NCBI RefSeq assembly: GCF_006345805.1
Contig: NC_042997.1
Span: forward strand, 162,440,001 to 162,504,000
Direction of reading: 5' to 3'
DNA: 64,000 nt
Source of the DNA: Octopus sinensis
Lineage: Eukaryota
In this document: positions 40,266 through 52,212 of the stretch, one piece after another
Layout: every line of letters begins with the position of its first letter
How positions within the stretch are numbered: the stretch's first letter is position 1
The notes under the pieces: model-generated
What the model saw: the letters and a program-made list of their open reading frames with translations, nothing else
The model's database searches: none
Told to the model about the DNA's origin: nothing
Made by a program: the position numbers and the translations under genes

Positions 40266-41705
40266 ATAGTAATAATATTCTCACAGCAATGTTTCTCAAG
40301 GATTTTTTACATATGGACCCCTTGATTTCTATTTTACTCCGATGTACCCATTAGCCATTCGATGCTTTAAAAAATCATATTTCTATAATTAAATTTTATT
40401 AGGAATTGTATTTAAAAAATTAAAATATTTTATGTATTGTAGAGTATGGCAGATACATTTTAACAACAAAATCTTATATGGACCACCAAAGACCATATGG
40501 ACCCCGGTTGAGAACTACTGAGCTAGACCCTTCTCCTTGTTCCACTACGCTTATCACAAATATATAAATCATTGTCTGTCCTCACAGATCGTGCCAGCTT
40601 TTACCCCATACAAAAACAGTCTTTTAACGAAGCAAAACTATATTTACAACTACAAAAGCTTGCTCCGGTTATTAACCCCCAAAACATTTATAATCATGTG
40701 AATTTACTCTATCTTGGATAAATGGTTTTAAAAAGGTATGGACAATCTTCGTCATGAATTTTACAGTGATATGAGTATTAATGTTGTCCATCTAGACTAT
40801 TACATCTTATCAATTGTGGGGTGTTCTTCATAGCTAAGAATAAAACTGATAAATTCCTCATACTACTCTTATAATCTTTCAAGATTAACCCACTGGCAAA
40901 GTCACCGTTTTTCTGATTAACATAATCTTGTAATAGGCGCAGACATGACTGTGGGGGTAAAGAAGTTTATTTTTCAATTAAGATAGATTGGGGATTGACT
41001 GCTTGGGTAAGGTGTGTCCCATCGTATCCTTACAATGACCTTGGATATCAAATTTGTACGAGGCGGTTTTACGGGAAATGGTCACCACCCCTTTCCTCCA
41101 CTCATCCACCCACCTACCCACACAAAGACACAGAGACAGGAAAGAGAGAATGAGAGAGAGAAGAAAGAGAGAGAGAGAGGAAAGAGAAAAAAGAGAGAGA
41201 AGAGAGAAAAAAGAGAGAAAGAGAGAGATATGAAAGTAAGAGAGAGAAAAAAGAGAGAGGAGAGACAGACACACATACAGCACTACCTAGTTTTATCCAG
41301 TTTCTTTTTTTTTAGCTGTGGAAATAAGCACGATTACATGAATACTTCGTTTTTGCTTTTAGTTTGCAAGATTCTTGATGTGAACTCCAGTTTTGAAACA
41401 AATTTTGTTTTTGCTTATTATTATTATTAGCGTAATGAAGACAGTGAGTTGGCAGTATCGTTAGCACGCCGAACAAAATGATTAGCAGCACTGTCCGTCT
41501 TTACTTCTGAATTAAAAACTGCCGAGCTCTACTTTGCTTTTCATTCTTTCTGAGTCGATAAAAAGGTACCAGCCAAGCATTAGCACCAATGTAATTGACT
41601 AGACCCTGCCACCAAATTTTCAGGCCTTATGTCAATTGCAGAAAGGATTATTACTGATGCAATGTCTCTAGCAAGTTGCAGCAACGGTTGTTTGAATTCA
41701 CTATA

Positions 41706-41905
41706 CAGTAATCCTTCGACTATCGCGGATGTTACGTTCCAAAACCCCCGCGATAGTGGAAATCCGCGAAATATAAACAGTATTGTATTTTTTTTTATTA
41801 AGTTCGTAATTTGTATATATTTATTTTATTATAAGTGCAAAACAACACCACAGAAGAATCGACGTAAGCTTAAATAATAAACCGCGATAGGTGAACCGTG
41901 ATATG
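41706..41905 (+). mobile_element. Tigger/pogo-type MITE, right end degenerate
   Basis: TA followed by CAGTAATCCTTCGACTATCGCGG...CCCCCGCGATAG...ATCCGCGA; CCGCGATAGGTGAACCG near the other end. Confidence 0.65.
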
Positions 41906-41919
41906 GTGACATAGGTAGA

Positions 41920-42380
41920 TCACACCCTGAAGTTCAAATAAGGCCGGGATTTTCGAAAACACGATAATGCTCAGTTGGCATCGATTTTTGTGAACTCAAT
42001 CGGGTGTTTGAATGGAAATTCCCATAACGATGTTATTTTCCCTGCAGCTTTTGCTTTTTTGTCCGATTGTGATGAAAATCGACGAGTGACTGACGCTCAT
42101 GACAGTGAGTTGATGTCAGTACATGGCGTTGACAAAATATCGATAATTGCGCCTGACAAGTGGTTTTATAAAATCAATAGGCTTTTCGTGTGCAAAAACC
42201 CATAGGGATTTTATTTTTGGCTGTGGCTTTTATATTTTCATGTATTTTTAGTACTCTCGTTTGTGAGAACAGTCGAGTTTATTTCAGATATTCTCATTGT
42301 AAAAATCATCTCTGGCTAATCCTTGAGAGGACGTTGGTGTTGCCTCGGCGGAGGTTTGCGCTCTCTGAGTGCTCTTGTTT
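41920..42380 (+). mobile_element. Possible Helentron/HINE-type non-autonomous element, 3' end
   Basis: The subterminal GGCGGAGGT (42347-42355) is followed by the hairpin GCGCTC-TCT-GAGTGC and TCTTG-TTTT; the matching 5' ACCTCCGCC was not found. Confidence 0.45.
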
Positions 42381-42554
42381 TAATTACCTTAATTCTTTCT
42401 TATGTAGTGTTGCATTGTGTCTGAATAAACAACTACAACTAAGTTTTTTACTTCTATTCTGGAACTATAATTATATTGGAATCTACAATGAAATTGTTAC
42501 TTCGAAATGATTATTTTATAATCATATTCTGGTATAAAATTTTGTTCTGTTACT

Positions 42555-42907
42555 TATCTTTTACTTGTTTAAATCATTTCGACTGCGGACATGTTGGAGC
42601 ACCACCTTTAGACGAATAAATCAACCCCAGGACTTATTCTTTATAAGCTTAGTACTTATTCTATCGGTTCCTTTGCCGAACCGCTAAGTAACGAGGACGT
42701 AAACACACCAACATCAGTTGTCAAGCGATGTTGGGGGACAAACACAGACACACAAACATAAACACACATATATATATACAACGGGCTTCTTTCAGTTTCC
42801 GTCTACCAAATCCACTCACAAGGCTTGTATCGTCTATCTGGATGTTTTGTTGTCCCATTTTTGTATCACCTAACTGTCCGGATGTTTTGCGTCCTCGTCC
42901 CATTTTG

Positions 42908-42940
<33 letters not shown>

Positions 42941-43072
42941 TATATATATAGACGACATGCTTCTTTCCGTTTCCGTCTAACAAATCTACAATAGTAAAAG
43001 ACACTTGTACGAGGTGCCACCCGGACCATGTAGTCGGAAAGCAAGTTTCTTACCACACAACCATATCTGCGT
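42555..43072 (-). mobile_element. Octopus SINE family A, interrupted by a ~150-bp TA-containing insert
   Basis: Family A sequence stops near 42826 and resumes near 42955. Confidence 0.8.
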
Positions 43073-44869
43073 CACATGTTCAGTATATTTATAAAATATA
43101 TTATTAATAAAGGGTTGATAGATCACAAGTCCAGATGTGCGTAACATTGAGCTCTAAAGAATTGATTTAATGTACTTCGATATACCCACTTCACGAAAAT
43201 AGGCTTTGTATCTTAAACAACAGAAATTTCTAGCTAACGCCACCACCACTACTATCAACGCCTCCACCACCACCAACAACAACGCTTCCACCACCACCAC
43301 TACTATAAAGAAATTCTTCAACACTGAGGTCAAATAAACATGTTTTCTCTTTTCACTTATCAGCAACATTATCATGTATGATTACGGTCTTTGGAGAAAA
43401 AAAATGAAAAAAACAAAAAATAAGAAAAAAGAAATAATTTATTCATCCTGAAAAAAGTGTATGAATCATTTAGATCTTGAACATTTGACAGAAACACACG
43501 TATATTCGAGAATGGCATGGATTGTCAGTCAGTTCATTAGAGGCGTGTATTCTACTTTAACGAAATGCTTACCATTGTTTGAGTTCTTGCAACATAGAAT
43601 CGGCCTCATATAAATAAATCCAATTCTAAAAAGAAAAAAAAACCATTCTTCTGTACATTAATTCCTGTTAATTAATAACAATAATTAAACGAAAAGACAT
43701 CTGCAATAAAGATTTAAGTCATGTAAATAGGAACTAGATCTTTCTATTTTAGCTTAAATGACTTTCAATCTACAAAAACGATTAAAAGGACACTGGCAGC
43801 ACCAAAGCTTATTGGAGAATTTAATAAACTAGGTGGTGACACAAAGTGTTGTTTGTATATATGGGCGGGACTGGAAGGCGGGTAGGTGCTAGCTTTAAAA
43901 GGAATTGTTGATTAAATAACTGCCTGTATGGATTTAGGTCTATATATTTGTAGTAAGAACGCTGAGTGGTGCTCGTAGTCTGCTGTCACAGCCAAAGTAA
44001 ACAGGTCTCTCTGTACGATAGGACGAATCCGAACGGTCTCAAAGAGTGTACAAACAAACAAACAAAAAGGTAAACGTTACATCTGGTTTATCTTTATTCG
44101 TTTAATTTTTACTATATTCATTGTAAAACATTTTTGTTATTTTTCCCTGTTTCTATAAAATTGCAACGCCATGCCTATTTTGCTTGTTCAGTTTCATACA
44201 TTATAGTTGAGCATACAATAAACAGTGGTTTCAAATCCTGTCTGTCACCTAAACACCTTTAAACACCTAAAACAAAACATCTCAGATTTATGTCGAACAA
44301 CTTTTTCTAGTTTCAAACAGAATAAATCTTAGAATAATTATACACTTGCGCACGCACACACTCACACACATGGACATACATGCACACACTCACACACATA
44401 TCCTACGGATCTCCGACAGTTTTGACAATTAGTATTCAGTTGTTTGTTCAATCAATTGAGGTGCCGACTTCTTGGTTGAATATTCCACAGACGCTGAATA
44501 TTCCACAGTGGCTGAATATTCCACAGACACGGACACTGTTCATGTAATAGTGACTGCCAAGTTCATGTAATAGTGACATGCGAACTATTGGTACAATCCT
44601 ACCAACGGGATTCGACACAGTTCCATTCCAGCCATTTCCACTCACACAGCATGGACTGACTCGAGCTTTTAACAAAGGACACTAGCCCAACGTGTCATGC
44701 AGAGAGACTGAACCAGCGAACTCTCGATTGAGCGAAATCTTTAGCTACTCGGTCATTATTGTGTCCACATAAACACACACACACACATACACACACACAC
44801 ACACGCACGCACACACACTCACACACTCACACACTCACACACACACACATACATACACACACACACACG

Positions 44870-44929
<60 letters not shown>

Positions 44930-45138
44930 CACAAACACACATTCAGACACACACTCGTGCTCTCATATTATATTGAAGTATACATTGTTTAACGAAGATA
45001 TACAAATATACCGACGAATGACCCTTGAACTATAAATGTTTTGCAAACGTTCTGATGTACACACGCGCACGCACTCATGCATTTTGTTCTCTAACTTCAT
45101 TTGCTCATTCTATGTCCATCTCTGTTTCCCTTCCAGTT

Positions 45139-45194
<56 letters not shown>

Positions 45195-45410
45195 ACACAC
45201 ACACACTCATTCACATACAGGCATACACACACACAGCAGACATAAATAGGTACGAACATACGAACAGGCACACGCTAAGAAAATGAACCTTTTTGTATAA
45301 TAGCAATTAGTACCAATCTAGCGAATGGAGAAAAGCAGTTGCTTTCTAAAGAATTGTTTTTCTGTTAACAATAATAAATCTCTGAACGAGGTATAAACAG
45401 TAACTGCACG

Positions 45411-45569
45411 ACAATGTGAGGTATATTTGCCATCTCAATATGGCTAACCACTAAGGGTGGGTGTTACTGTAGCTTATAGCCCTGGAGATGTTCTCCTGGG
45501 GCTATAAGCTACAGTAACATCCACCTTAGTGGTTAGCCATATTGAGATGGCAAATATACCTCACATTGT
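45411..45569. repeat. Near-perfect 159-bp palindrome (72/71-bp arms)
   Basis: ACAATGTGAGG...CTTATAGCCC and GGGCTATAAG...CCTCACATTGT differ by one indel and one substitution. Confidence 0.92.
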
Positions 45570-45732
45570 TTATCTGTTTCTCGCTCGAATCGGCTGAACA
45601 CACGCATACTCTATATCATTACAATAAGTACCGGTAATTCTCTAAGGAAAATATATAGCATCCAGCAAAAACGATACTTCTATGTTTAAACAAAATAGAT
45701 ATATTTATTACCGATAAGGGAAGATTTTTTTC

Positions 45733-45808
45733 TGGCGCCCGCAGAGGGACACGAACCCGCGACCCTCAGGTTAAAAGTCTGATGCTCTACCGACTGAGCT
45801 ATGCGGGC
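45733..45808 (-). tRNA. tRNA-Lys-TTT: Retroposed tRNA-Lys(UUU) pseudogene with encoded CCA
   Basis: The minus strand reads GCCCGCATAGCTCAGTCGGTAGAGCATCAGACTTTTAACCTGAGGGTCGCGGGTTCGTGTCCCTCTGCGGGCG-CCA-G-A7. The acceptor stem is perfect (GCCCGCA/TGCGGGC). The TSD GATAAGGGAAGATTT is at 45713-45727 and 45810-45824. Confidence 0.92.
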
Positions 45809-46069
45809 AGATAAGGGAAGATTTATCATGCTTAAAAGATAGCTTGCCTAGTCAGATTTTTATATGTAGCAATCTTTATAACTTTACATGTGCGTGTGTG
45901 TATGTATGTGTGTGTGAGTGTGTGTGTGTGTGTGTGTGCATGTGTACATACACATACACACATATATATAAAGTGCGCGTGCGTTCGCTTCTGCTCGTGC
46001 GTATGACTACTTGAATGCAATACCTAAAGTGTAGAAAGAAAGAAAAAAATGAACGTATCTCTCTCTCTC

Positions 46070-46075
46070 TCGATA

Positions 46076-46111
<36 letters not shown>

Positions 46112-46203
46112 TGTATGTATGTATGTATGTATGTATGTATGTATGTATGTATGTATGTATGTATGTATGCATGCATGTATGTATGTATGTATGTATGTAT
46201 GTA

Positions 46204-46259
<56 letters not shown>

Positions 46260-46260
46260 C
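46070..46260. repeat. (TATG)n-(TG)n microsatellite
   Basis: Direct inspection. Confidence 0.95.
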
Positions 46261-46447
46261 AAATTTGCTAATTCAGGGTTTGATATCCTCGATTGTGAAA
46301 CTACCTGCATATGTGCGTGCGTGCGTGTGTGTATGTGTGTACGTGTGTGCGCGCGTGTGTAATTGTGCGCGCGTGTGTAATTGTGCGCGCGTGTGTAATT
46401 GTGCGCGCGGGTGCGTATGTGTGTGTGTGTGTGTGTGTGTGTTTGCA

Positions 46448-46571
46448 TAGGTACAGGCTTGGCTATGTGGTAAAGAAGCTTTGAAACCATGTGATTTCGA
46501 GTTCAGTCCCAGCGCGCAGCATATTGGGCAAGTGTCTTCTACTTCAGCCCGGAAATTTTGTTGAAGTCTAT

Positions 46572-46645
<74 letters not shown>

Positions 46646-46890
46646 AGTGTGTGTGTGTACATGCCGGTGTTTGTTCCCCGATCCCACCGCTTGATAACTT
46701 GTGATGGTTTGTTTACGTCTCTTTAACTTAACGTTTCGGCAAAATAGAAAGATAGAATAAGCACCAAGCTTTAATAAAAATAAGCGTTAGTGTATGGGTG
46801 GGTGACTCGACCTGTTCGATTAAAAATCTCTTCAAAGCGGTGCTCCAGCATGACCGTAGTCCATTGGCTGAAAAAAATGAAAGATAAAAG
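46448..46890 (+). mobile_element. Diverged octopus SINE family A
   Basis: GGCTATGTGGTAAAGAAGC...GAGTTCAGTCCC...GGGCAAGTGTCTTCTAC...GCGGTGCTCCAGCATGACCG. Confidence 0.75.
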
Positions 46891-46892
46891 AA

Positions 46893-46945
<53 letters not shown>

Positions 46946-46954
46946 CTCTCTCTC

Positions 46955-47050
<96 letters not shown>

Positions 47051-47394
47051 CATACACACACACACACGTATATGACAGCACAATTCAATGTACGTCTTTG
47101 GTATCCCTAGTAAGTCGATCAGACATATAATAAAAATGATTCAAACCGAAATCGTCCATCTTTTCATAAATCTAGAACTCAGCACGGCTTCTGAGTGCAA
47201 ATCTCACCGAAGTCAACTATGCCTTTCATCAACTCTGCAGTCGATAAAATATAGCTCGTGTCAAATACTGAAAATCGATGGTATCAGCTAACACCCACCT
47301 ACAAAATTTCAGGTTTTGAGATTGTATTAGTAATCATAATTCAATGCGTATTTCCTTATATAAGTTGTTTGTGTATGAACTGAAGGAAATTGTA

Positions 47395-47830
47395 CGGCTG
47401 GCACCCAAGGCAAAATGCTTAGCAGCATTTCGTCCGATTTTGCGTTCTGAATTCAAATTATTCTGAGGTCAGCTTTGCCTTTCATCCTTTTGGGATCTAT
47501 AAGATAAGTTCTTGTCAAATACTAGGATCGATGTAATCGACTTGGCCCCTCGTGCTAAAATATAAGGCTCTTACTAAAATATAAGGCCTTGTGCCTGTTG
47601 CAGAAAGAGTTATTATTATTAAAAGTAAAGCAGCGAGTAGGAAGAATCGATAGCAGATCGGACAAAATGCTTAGCGGTATTTCGACCGTCTTTACGTTCT
47701 AAGTTCAGATTCCACCGTGTTCGGCCTTACCTTTCATTCTTTTAGGGTTGATAAAACAAATACTCGTTGAACACTTGGGTCGATGTAATCAACTTCGCCT
47801 CCCTTCAAAATTGCTAGCCTTGATGTCTAA
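47395..47830 (+). mobile_element. Two tandem diverged copies of SINE family B
   Basis: AAAATGCTTAGC...TTCTGA(A/G)TTCA...CTTTCAT...GATGTAATC occurs twice. Confidence 0.7.
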
Positions 47831-48434
47831 ATTAGAAAGAAAAAAAATATTATTTTTAAAAGTCAGTTTAGACTAACTATAATCATTTAGACAATAATTA
47901 TCAGTCAATTGTAAATATGACTTTCGTTGCTTATTTTGTCTATGGTTGCTGTTGTAGTTTAGCCCCAGGTCGACTTACTCAAACAAACATATCGTCGAAG
48001 ACGTCCCAAAGATTATGTTATCCATGAGAAGGATTACGTTATCCATGAGAAGGATTACGTTATCCAGTGTAACCTTTCACTTTTCAGAAGGTCACAGTAT
48101 TATTTGAAGGAATATGTCTGTTAATTATGGCAAGGCCAGCAACCACATAGTGGCTACCGTATTAGCTATCTTCCAATCGAAACTTAGAAGAAAGCTTGTA
48201 AATTAATCAGTCTGTAACAGGAAATATTTATGTAATCAAGGTTGATTTCACAAACATTGTTGTCCAGATGATAATGTCATTAAAGCCAGTCTCGTAAACG
48301 ATGTATTCATTACAGAAGTAATGAAGACTAATCAACGTAAATGAGAATTTCTCGTTCTGAGTTTATGACAAGGGAAATAGGCCAAACTATAAATAAAAGC
48401 GCTCTTTCCCCATGGCAGTCCTGTCTTTTCCATG

Positions 48435-48482
<48 letters not shown>

Positions 48483-48561
48483 CTACATTACCCTTTCTAT
48501 ATTTATCTTTTTCAAAAGTGTACGATATGAGGGTGATTTGGCTATTATTTTTCTCATGTCG

Positions 48562-48968
48562 ATCTTATTTCTTTATTGCCCACAAGGGGCTAAACATAGA
48601 AGGACAGGCAAAAGGATTAAGTCGATTACATCGACCCCAGCGCGTAACTGGTACTTAATTTATCGACCTCGAAAGGATGAAAGGCAATGTCGACCTCGGC
48701 GAAATTTGAACTCAGAACGTTAAGACACGAAATACCTATTTCTTTACTACCCACAAGGGGCTAAACACAGAGGGGACAAACAAGGACAGACAAACGGATT
48801 AAGTCGATTACATCGACCCCAGTGCGTAACTGGTACTTAATTTATCGACCCCGAAAGGACGAAAGGCAAAGTTGACCTCGGCGGAATTTGAACTCAGAAC
48901 GTAACGGCAGACGAAATATGGCTACGCATTTCGCCCGGCGTGTTAACGTTTCTGCCAGCTCGCCGCCT
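48562..48968 (-). mobile_element. Two tandem copies of SINE family B (one truncated, one full)
   Basis: TTTATT/CTACCCACAAGGGGCTAAACA...GTCGATTACATCGACCCCAG...GAACTCAGAACGT is repeated at about 48562 and 48735. Confidence 0.85.
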
Positions 48969-49028
48969 TTCACATGTCGATCTACCACATATGTTCCTCC
49001 GTTGATGTAGTGAAGGTAGCAGCAGCAA

Positions 49029-49079
<51 letters not shown>

Positions 49080-51582
49080 CAGCAACAGTAGCAATAGTTA
49101 ATGTTGTCGGTGTTTGTTTCGAGCAAGTGATGACAGACATGGGTGGTATTCACTGCAGTTGTGTGGCGATTGAAATGAATGCTAATGATGATGAATCTCG
49201 TTCACACTCCCTTGACGAAGACGACCCTGACTTAAGATTAGCTTTGATGTCTGTGCTGGTCTGATCAGCTGTGATGGGTCGAGAGGTTGCTGATGAGCCC
49301 TAGAATATGAGGCTGTAATCACATGCTGTTCTACAGAATATATGTAGCTGCCATCGAATTGAACAAAACGCACCAATTTAGCGGATAATCAATCAGTCTT
49401 TGATAGTCGATATTCTCATTTCACATTTTATAGCTGTTTATTTACTATAACAGTTAGCCTCAGATACTGTAACGAATTTCTATTCTGTGCTTCGGTATTT
49501 TTTTATTTTATCATTTAATGATTCACAGTCATATAACTGTATTCTCAAAAGACCGAGACATTGTACTTAAATTTCTTTCGAAATTTCAAAAGTATACACA
49601 GGAAAATATTTCTTGATGCTTTATCTTCGTGTGTTTCCAGTCATCTTTCTATAAATAAATCAAACAGAATATACATACTTCATAGTTCCTCGTCATTGCC
49701 TCAACTTCGAGATTAGGACGAACAGTAGTAGTGAAAATAAAAGCATGGAACAGTCACCACAGAAAGTGGTTCATCATTATCATGACAGCAACAGCTGAAA
49801 CCAGTGGGTTTCGAAAAAAAGATGACATTTTCTTAAAAAGATGGAGAGGAAAGCACGAAATACAGGAGATGCATCACAGATTTACTTCCAAAGAACTTGT
49901 AAAAATAATTTATTAAAAGTTTGGATAGCTTACATTTAGATAAATATAACTTACATTTAAATTGAAATAAAAATTTTTATAAGAATAAATTTAAAGATCT
50001 GATAATTTACACCAGAAAAGTTTTGCCTGACTCTTTACAGAAAACAGTAAAGCATTTATTTGAATAATAGATAAAATAGGAATAGCTACTACTCGCTGTT
50101 GGTTTAAGGTGCCAGACACTAAAAATGATCGAAAATGTTAGTTTAAACGAGCTTAAGAAAGGCAAACTGAAGGCATTATCCAATCCAAAAAAAAAGTAAG
50201 CCAACGAAGGACCTCTAGATGGTCGCTCCAGCTGTTAGAGACAGCAGCAGATAATGAAATCACACCATATTGTCTCAAAAAACGAGTGAAAGGATTTGCT
50301 GGATAATATAAGTTTAAAACACACTGTCACAAGAAAGATGTTGAGGCAAGCAGGCAGACAAACATTTTAAAGAGCCAATGAATTGCCTCTATGCGGTCAT
50401 TCGATCTGCTAGAACTAGAAGCATACTCGCCTTCTAATAAGGAAAAAAAGCTGTTGAATAATATGGTCTTAGATTCCCTTCAAATAGAAAACAAATGATG
50501 ACATGAACACAGCTGCTGTGCCTCTGAAAGAGGTCTTCTCGACCTGGGACTAAATAACAACCCCGGAGAAACTGCCCTGTTCTCTTATAAATAAGGAAAT
50601 GTTATATTATCCACTTTGTGCAATTGTATATAATCTTCTCTGAAGGTGGTGGTAGTGGCGATGGTGCTGGACTAATAGGAAATACTGCAGAGAAGAGGCG
50701 CTTAGCATTGCATTATATTTTGAGTTCGAATCACATAGGGTCTCGACTTCACTTGTTCTATTATTGCTGAAGTAGGCGAACAGAAGTTTTATATCAATTC
50801 AATTAATTCTAACCCTCATTTATAACCTTGTCCTTCTACCAAAATTACAAACCAACAAACCATATTTTCTAAATAACATCTCCAAAGAATATAATGCTAA
50901 ATTCTTGAAATAAATTACTTTTGAAGAATATAAAACATCTGGAAATAACCAACCTGTATTCTTCTGTTCAATAAATATTATATACAACTATACCATAAGC
51001 GTTCCATTTATTTGTTCACAAAAATGAAGCTACTATGGCCCATATGGCTGTTAAAGTCTATGCGCAATAAATTAGTTATATTTATACAATACACAAAATA
51101 TTTTAACAGTATCATTTATACAATTCCTTAAAATATTTAATTACAAAAATACAATAGGGGTTTTTTTTAAACATGGGATGATTACGGGAGTCCAATAGAA
51201 GCAAACAAGAATTTGAAGGGTCCATAGGCAAACAATGGTTGAGGATAACTGATTTAAAGAATGAAAAAGTAAGATTTATAAGCGATTTATAAGATTTATA
51301 AGCGGTAGTAAATTCTCAAGAATAACAATATTTGAAAATGTTTGAATAAGACAACACTTATTGAATGAAAATTGAACCCAAGCATTGTGTTAGAAAAATG
51401 AAATAAGAAAAAAAGCAATAAGAAAAGCTGCCGCTCTAATACAATACTGTAAATTATATTTCTGGTGTGAATGGATGGAAAATATGCTTTAGACATTAAA
51501 TTAAAGTGAGTTTGAACACGGCGAAAATATGAAAGAAATATTAGTCGGTAAACTATGATAAAATAAAAATGAAATTATTCAA

Positions 51583-51985
51583 CTGGCTTTGTGGTAAGTA
51601 GCTTGTTTACCAACCGCATGGTTCCGGGTTCAGTCCCACTGCGTGGCACCTTGGGCAAGTGTCTTCTACTATAGCTTCGGGCCGACCAAAGCCTTGTGAG
51701 TGGATTTGGTAGACGGAAACTGAAAGAAGCCTGTCGTATATATGTATATATATGTATATGTATGTGTGTGTTTGTGTGTCTGTGTTTGTTCCCCTAGCAT
51801 TGCTTGACAACCGATGCTGGTGTGTTTACGTCCCCGTTACTTAGCGGTTCGGCAAAAAAGAGACCGATAGAATAAGTACTAGGCTTACAAAGAATAAGTC
51901 CCGGGGTCGATTTGCTCGACTAAAGGCGGTGCTCCAGCATGGCCGCAGTCAAATGACTGAAACAAGTAAAAGAGTAAAAGAGTAA
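51583..51985 (+). mobile_element. Full-length young octopus SINE family A (tRNA-derived)
   Basis: TGTGGTAAGTAGC (A box), GGTTCAGTCCC (B box), central (TG) tract and (GTAAAAGA)n tail. Confidence 0.9.
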
Positions 51986-51999
51986 ACGAGTAACTATGT

Positions 52000-52212
52000 A
52001 ATCGACTTATCAACTCCTCCGAAATTACTGACCTTATGCCAGGGGCAAGTTAATTACAACGACCAGTGTTCAACTAGTACTTATTTTATCGACCCCAGAA
52101 GGATAAAAAATTAAGTCTACTGCGGCGAATTTGAACTCAGAATGTAAAGAGGGTCGAAATGCTGCTAAGCATTTTTGTCAGACATGTTAACGATTTTACC
52201 CGCTTGTCGCCT
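52000..52212 (-). mobile_element. Diverged SINE family B
   Basis: GTAATCGACTT...ATCGACCCCAGAAGGATAAA...AATTTGAACTCAGAATG...CTAAGCATTT. Confidence 0.7.

Noticed and set aside
45736-45808. Functional tRNA-Lys gene
   Set aside because: Encoded CCA, A-tail, TSD, loss of A58 in the B box and stem mismatches indicate a retrocopy.
49190-49262. Ubiquitin-interacting-motif-like DEDDPDLRLALMSV
   Set aside because: The conserved Ser is one residue off the UIM spacing, and there is no supporting exon structure on that strand.
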